Positions 56,319-60,533 of a stretch of 60,533 nt of DNA are shown here, in pieces (the first letter of the stretch is position 1; each line of letters begins with the position of its first letter). The stretch is taken from the NCBI GenBank assembly GCA_964614605.1, contig CAZTLU010000001.1:5291-65823 (forward strand), written 5' to 3'. The notes below the pieces were generated by a model. The model saw nothing but the letters and a program-made list of their open reading frames with translations, had not been told where the DNA came from and did not search any database. This stretch comes from an uncultured Eubacteriales bacterium. GTDB lineage: Bacteria > Bacillota > Clostridia > Oscillospirales > Acutalibacteraceae. A program made the position numbers and the translations under genes.

Positions 56319-59300
56319 TTAATCAGTGGTTACTTTAATAACTGATACAGTAACCTTTTTGTCGTTTACTGTGAACTCGTTTGAATAATCAGCATTCATT
56401 TCTGCGTTGAGAACAAGACTATCTGCGAGAAGCTCACTCGCAACATAGCTGAGCTTTTCTGTAAGTGCACTAATGATAAACTCGTCATCAACTGTGATTG
56501 AAGCCTTAATGCGCTGTTCAACCTGATAGCCTGCATCTTTACGAGCAACCTGGCACTGACGGATAATGTCACGTACAACGCCTTCTTTGAGGAGCTCGTC
56601 TGTAAGCACAACATCAAGTGCTACTACACATTCAGTTGCAAACTCTGCAGAAACAATACCCTTCTTTGTTTTTGACTGAACATTGAAGATTGAAGAATCA
56701 AACTTTTCTTCCCAACCGGGAACTGAAACCTCACCACCAACAACTACTGCCGCTGTAAGTGCTGACATTTCGTCTTCTGAAAGAGCTTCAAGAGTCTGCT
56801 TCATCTTGTTAACATTCTGCTTAAGAACTGCGCCTGCAACCTTGAAGTTAACAGTTAAGAACTTATCTTCAAGAACATTAACATCGTCAATATATTCGAT
56901 AGCTTTGATATTGAGCTCATCAAGAATATTCTTTTCAAATGTCTTGATTTTATCCGCTTTATCACTGTCACAGCATACGAAAAGCTTTGCAAGGGGCTGA
57001 CGAACCTTAATCTGCTGCTCGTTACGAAGTCGCATTGCTACTGCAATTACTTCGCGTGCAAGAGCTGTCTGCTCGATAATACCGTCATCTTCAACACCTT
57101 GGAGCTCTGTAGGCCAATCACTTAAATGAACTGACTCTGCAACTGTTGCATCACACTTCTTAATAAGCTTCTGCCAGATATACTCTGTCATGAATGGCAT
57201 AATTGGAGCCATAACCTGTGTGCAAACTTTAAGTGCATTGAAGAGTGTCCAATATGCAACCATCTTATCCTGCTCGTCGCCTGTTTTCCAAAAACGACGG
57301 CGGTTTGTTCTGATATACCAGTTAGAAATATCATCAACAAATGCTTCAAAATCTTTAACAAGTGCGAATGCTTTATAATCATCCATAGAAGCAGTTGATT
57401 TTTTGATAAACTCGTTTGTTCTGACAAGAAGCCACTTATCAGTTGGTGTTAATTTTGAGAAATCAACTTTATAATCTGCAAAGTTGGGCTTATCAATCTG
57501 TGCATAGGTATCAAAGAATGTATAAATATTCCAGAAACCGAGCATCTTTCTTCTTGCTTCATCACCAAGGTTGTAACCGAAACGAACATCATTGGTATTC
57601 GGTGCACTTGCATAGAGGTAACGAACTGTATCAGCACCGATTTTCTCTGCAGCCTCGTCAAACTTAATCATAAAGCCTGTCTTTGAGAACTTTGAGCCAT
57701 CCTCTGAAACAACCATACCGTTGGTAACAACTCTTTCATAAGGTGCTTTACCAACAAGAACAGTACTCATAAACAGCATTGAATAGAACCAAAGTCTAAC
57801 CTGCTCGTGCATTTCTGTAACCCACTCTGCAGGGAAGTTCTTTTCCCATGCTTCGCGGTCTGTGAAATATCCAAGTGTTGAGAATGGAACAATACCCGCG
57901 TCAAGCCAAACATCACCGATATCTGAAACACGAGATACCTCTTTGCCGCAATGCTCACACTTAATCTTAACATCATCAACCCAAGGTCTGTGAAGCTCGG
58001 GAAGTGCATCAACAAGAGCTGGGTCAACAGCCTTTTCGCGAAGTTCATCTTTTGAACCAACAACTGTGATATGACCACAACTACACGGATAGAAAGGAAG
58101 TGGCATTCCATAATAACGCTTACGAGAAATATTCCAGTCACCCATATTTGTAAGCCAGTCATTCATACGCTTACCGTTTGAAGCAGGCTCCCATTTAACT
58201 GAATTTGCACATTCAATAAGTTTAGGTTTGATTTCACTTGTTTTAATGTACCAAGCAGGAACAAGACGGAAAACGATTTCGCTCTTACATCTCCAGCATA
58301 CCGGGTAGCTGTGTTCGTGTGGTTCAACTTTATAAAGTTTATTCTGTTCATCGAGTTTTGCGAACACTTCGTCAGCGATTGTGTGGCTGTCTTTACCTGT
58401 CATCCATCCGAAGCCTTCAAGATAGATACCCATATCGTCAATTGGCATTACCTTTGGAAGACCGAGTCTTTCACCAAGCTCAAAGTCTTCGATACCGCAA
58501 CCGGGAGCAATATGAACAACACCTGTACCTTCGTCAGCTGCAACATCTTCCCAAGCTACAATTTTGTGCTCAAAGCCCTGCTGTGCCTCAATATCAGCAA
58601 AGCAAGTTTCGTAATGAAGACCAACAAGTTCGTCACCCTTAAGTGCGCGAACAACCTCAAGCTTATCGTCACCAAGATATTTAATAGCATTCTTAGCGAG
58701 AATGAGTGTCTGGTCATCACTTTTGATTTTAACCTCAACATAGTCAATTTCAGGGTTAACTGCCAAAGCTACGTTTGAAGACAAAGTCCAAGGAGTAGTT
58801 GTCCAGACAAGAATTTTAGAACCCAGTTCTTCAATAGGAAGCTTGAAGAAAACTGAATTATGGGTCATCATTTTGTATGAGCCTGTCATTTCGTGCTCAG
58901 AAAGTGATGTACCGCAACGAGGACACCAAGGCATAGGCTTATATTCACGCTGAATCCAACCGTGATTATCACATTCCTTTAAGAAATGCCAGATACCCTG
59001 AATGTTAAGGTCTGTATTTGTATAGTATGAGTTTTCCCAATCCATCCACTGACCAAGACGCTTTGACTGCTCGGTAATAATACCTGAATAGTGCTTAACG
59101 CGGTCAACGCACTGACGGGTAAACTTGTCCATTCCGTACTCTTCAATATCTTTCTTTGTTTTGAAGCCGAGCTGTTTTTCAACCTCAACCTCAACCCAAA
59201 GGCCCTGAGAGTCGAAACCGTTCTGTCTACGGCAATCGTAACCCTGCATTGATTTGTAACGGATAAAAATGTCTTTTGTACTTCTGCCCCAAGCGTGATG

Positions 59301-59459
59301 AATACCCATGGGGTTATTTGCAGTAATAGGTCCGTCAAGGAAACGGAACATTTTATTACCCTTATTTTTCTCTACAAGCTTTTCATAATACTTCTCTTCT
59401 TCCCAGAGCTTCATAACCTGATGCTCAAGGTCAACAAAGAGATTTTTTTCTTCAGCCAC
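56319..59459 (-). CDS. ileS: Isoleucyl-tRNA synthetase, long (about 1046 aa) divergent form
   Basis: Class Ia architecture: CP1 editing insertion with WCPRCGT and CWRCKS, DWNISRKRYYG, DVWLDAG, KFSKT at the KMSKS position. GTG at 59459 is 8 nt after GGTGG; the ORF-track GTG at 59471 lies inside the SD. Confidence 0.88.
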   Translation of the reverse strand: MAEEKNLFVDLEHQVMKLWEEEKYYEKLVEKNKGNKMFRFLDGPITANNPMGIHHAWGRSTKDIFIRYKSMQGYDCRRQNGFDSQGLWVEVEVEKQLGFKTKKDIEEYGMDKFTRQCVDRVKHYSGIITEQSKRLGQWMDWENSYYTNTDLNIQGIWHFLKECDNHGWIQREYKPMPWCPRCGTSLSEHEMTGSYKMMTHNSVFFKLPIEELGSKILVWTTTPWTLSSNVALAVNPEIDYVEVKIKSDDQTLILAKNAIKYLGDDKLEVVRALKGDELVGLHYETCFADIEAQQGFEHKIVAWEDVAADEGTGVVHIAPGCGIEDFELGERLGLPKVMPIDDMGIYLEGFGWMTGKDSHTIADEVFAKLDEQNKLYKVEPHEHSYPVCWRCKSEIVFRLVPAWYIKTSEIKPKLIECANSVKWEPASNGKRMNDWLTNMGDWNISRKRYYGMPLPFYPCSCGHITVVGSKDELREKAVDPALVDALPELHRPWVDDVKIKCEHCGKEVSRVSDIGDVWLDAGIVPFSTLGYFTDREAWEKNFPAEWVTEMHEQVRLWFYSMLFMSTVLVGKAPYERVVTNGMVVSEDGSKFSKTGFMIKFDEAAEKIGADTVRYLYASAPNTNDVRFGYNLGDEARRKMLGFWNIYTFFDTYAQIDKPNFADYKVDFSKLTPTDKWLLVRTNEFIKKSTASMDDYKAFALVKDFEAFVDDISNWYIRTNRRRFWKTGDEQDKMVAYWTLFNALKVCTQVMAPIMPFMTEYIWQKLIKKCDATVAESVHLSDWPTELQGVEDDGIIEQTALAREVIAVAMRLRNEQQIKVRQPLAKLFVCCDSDKADKIKTFEKNILDELNIKAIEYIDDVNVLEDKFLTVNFKVAGAVLKQNVNKMKQTLEALSEDEMSALTAAVVVGGEVSVPGWEEKFDSSIFNVQSKTKKGIVSAEFATECVVALDVVLTDELLKEGVVRDIIRQCQVARKDAGYQVEQRIKASITVDDEFIISALTEKLSYVASELLADSLVLNAEMNADYSNEFTVNDKKVTVSVIKVTTD

Positions 59460-59508
59460 TATATTATCCACCTTTCAAGTGATATATACCTAAAATTCAA
59501 CAGATAAT

Positions 59509-59536
59509 ATTATACACGAATACTATGAAAATTCAA
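59509..59536 (-). promoter_or_regulatory. Candidate ileS promoter
   Basis: Minus strand reads TTGAAT-16 nt-TATAAT, leaving a leader of only about 40 nt. Confidence 0.45.
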
Positions 59537-59566
59537 GTGATTTATTGCAAAAATATGGCATATAAA

Positions 59567-59818
59567 TTATTTTTTGCTTAAGTATTTTTCTTTTGTAGCA
59601 AGCCCTCCGCGGATATGGCGTTCTGCCTTGTTGACCTCAAGAACCTTACGCACCTGCCCGTAAAGAGTAGGGTCAACTTTTTTTAGCCTTTGGGCAACAT
59701 CCATATGTACTGTACTTTTACTTATTCCGAAAACCTTTGCGGCGGCACGGACTGTCGCCTCATTCTCAACTATGTATTCCCCAAGCATTGCGGCTCTTTC
59801 CTCAACTAAATCTTTCAA
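59567..59818 (-). CDS. spoIIID: Sporulation transcriptional regulator SpoIIID
   Basis: 83 aa, TTG start; IVENEATVRAAAKVFGISKSTVHMDV..RL...P.L...V..VL..NK.ERH.RGG.ATK.KY closely parallels B. subtilis SpoIIID. Confidence 0.92.
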   Translation of the reverse strand: MKDLVEERAAMLGEYIVENEATVRAAAKVFGISKSTVHMDVAQRLKKVDPTLYGQVRKVLEVNKAERHIRGGLATKEKYLSKK

Positions 59819-59825
59819 AGTTCAG

Positions 59826-59863
59826 CCCTCCTTATCGGTCATAAATAAATATGATAAGGAGGG
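59826..59863. repeat. Perfect 11-bp inverted repeat CCCTCCTTATC-N16-GATAAGGAGGG; the left arm is the complement of the spoIIID SD
   Basis: Read directly. Arms at 59826-59836 and 59853-59863, AT-rich 16-nt loop. Confidence 0.9.
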
Positions 59864-59906
59864 TTGAAATATTCGCTAATTATGATATATTTATTGTGGT
59901 GATATT

Positions 59907-60371
59907 ATGATTAAAATTATGTTCGTCTGTCATGGTAATATCTGTCGTTCTACTATGGCGGAATTCGTAATGAAGGATATTGTTAAAAAGAACGGTTGTG
60001 AAAATGAGTTTTTGATTTGTTCAAGTGCTACAAGTATCGAAGAAATCGGCAATGATACTCATTGGGGGACAAAGAAAATCCTTGACGAAATGGGTATACC
60101 CTACACAAAAAGACAAGCCGTTCAATTAAAAAAATCCGACTATGAAAAATATGATTTCATAATCGGAATGGATAGTGCAAATATGAGAAACATCAACAGA
60201 ATTATCGGATATGACAAGGATAATATAATCCACAAATTATTAAGCTTTGCACATCTTGACCGAGATGTTGCAGACCCTTGGTACACAAGAGATTTTAAAA
60301 CAACATACAACGATGTATCTCTCGGTTGTCAAAAACTATTTGAATACATAAAAAATGAGGCTCGCAAATAG
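59907..60371 (+). CDS. Low-molecular-weight protein-tyrosine phosphatase
   Basis: IMFVCHGNICRSTMAE (CX5R-S P-loop) and DPWY general-acid loop; 154 aa. Confidence 0.9.
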   Translation: MIKIMFVCHGNICRSTMAEFVMKDIVKKNGCENEFLICSSATSIEEIGNDTHWGTKKILDEMGIPYTKRQAVQLKKSDYEKYDFIIGMDSANMRNINRIIGYDKDNIIHKLLSFAHLDRDVADPWYTRDFKTTYNDVSLGCQKLFEYIKNEARK

Positions 60372-60390
60372 ACGCGAGCCTTAATTTTTA
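60359..60390. terminator. Hairpin between convergent LMW-PTP and ispE genes
   Basis: GGCTCGC-AAATAGAC-GCGAGCC overlapping the LMW-PTP stop codon, followed by TTAATTTTTA. Confidence 0.6.
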
Positions 60391-60533
60391 TAATTCAATA
60401 ACACCCTTATTCACAGGCTTACACATAAATACATTTTCATATTTTTTACAAAGCTTATCATAGCACAGCTCTGCTTTTTCTTTATCACTAAAAATGCCGA
60501 AAACTGTGGGTCCGCTACCGCTCATACAACAAG
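60388..60533 (-). CDS. ispE: 4-diphosphocytidyl-2-C-methyl-D-erythritol kinase, C-terminal fragment (5' part outside the window)
   Basis: Manual translation gives ...CCMSGSGPTVFGIFSDKEKAELCYDKL...VNKGVIEL*. MSGSGPTVFG is the GHMP-kinase motif III typical of IspE. Confidence 0.75.
   Translation of the reverse strand, partial: CCMSGSGPTVFGIFSDKEKAELCYDKLCKKYENVFMCKPVNKGVIEL

Noticed and set aside
56182-56323. TGATTTAATC occurring twice, at 56182-56191 and 56314-56323.
   Set aside because: One copy overlaps the ileS stop codon and the other is an arm of the 5'-UTR hairpin. There is no consistent spacing or symmetry, so I treat it as coincidence.
59472-59566. Expected T-box leader upstream of ileS.
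   Set aside because: The spacer is only 95 nt, with no specifier-loop or T-box (AANNNGGGTGGTACCGCG-like) sequence visible. That is too short for a T-box.
59864-59902. 12-codon ORF (TTG AAA TAT TCG CTA ATT ATG ...) after the plus-strand copy of AAGGAGGG.
   Set aside because: The TTG directly abuts the SD-like sequence with zero spacing, and the next ATG gives only 6 codons. It is more likely a by-product of the palindrome.
1-60533. CRISPR arrays, tandem repeats, IS or transposon ends, integrases, reverse transcriptases, restriction-modification, toxin-antitoxin or other defence modules, and rRNA or tRNA genes.
   Set aside because: No intergenic gap exceeds about 330 nt, and every gap is accounted for by promoters, leaders, terminators or micro-ORFs. 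No ORF showed motifs of these families. This was an eyeball scan only, so a computational repeat and tRNA search is still advisable.

Overview
Dense, mostly minus-strand core-genome window from a low-GC, spore-forming Firmicute. A type I dockerin plus spoIIID, spoVM and ytfIJ suggest a Ruminococcus bromii-like Oscillospiraceae member; this is inference only. About 60 CDS are supported. They include the conserved block yicC-remA-gmk-rpoZ-priA-def-fmt-rsmB-rlmN-stp-prkC-rsgA-thiN-spoVM, and scpAB, prmC, cdaA-cdaR, ispDF, metK, ileS, typA, pcrA and a partial mreB-like gene. Clear RNA and regulatory elements are an FMN riboswitch upstream of ribU, a SAM-I riboswitch upstream of metK, a Fur/PerR-type palindromic operator upstream of perR-rubrerythrin, and several intrinsic terminators. 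I saw no CRISPR array, transposase, integrase, phage, restriction, toxin-antitoxin or other recognisable defence module, and no rRNA or tRNA. I cannot point to a convincing novel multi-gene system. The best leads are: (1) two micro-ORFs missed by the ORF track, a 26-aa SpoVM and a 49-aa membrane peptide; (2) an 11-bp perfect inverted repeat that could sequester the spoIIID Shine-Dalgarno; (3) a dockerin-bearing GH73 peptidoglycan hydrolase; (4) cdaA-cdaR followed by a repeat lipoprotein and a two-component system instead of glmM; (5) a SEDS gene translationally coupled to a DUF4091 protein; (6) a divergent IleRS without a T-box. All family calls come from motif recognition by eye, with no database search. 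Several ORF-track starts were moved to downstream starts with better Shine-Dalgarno (SD) spacing.
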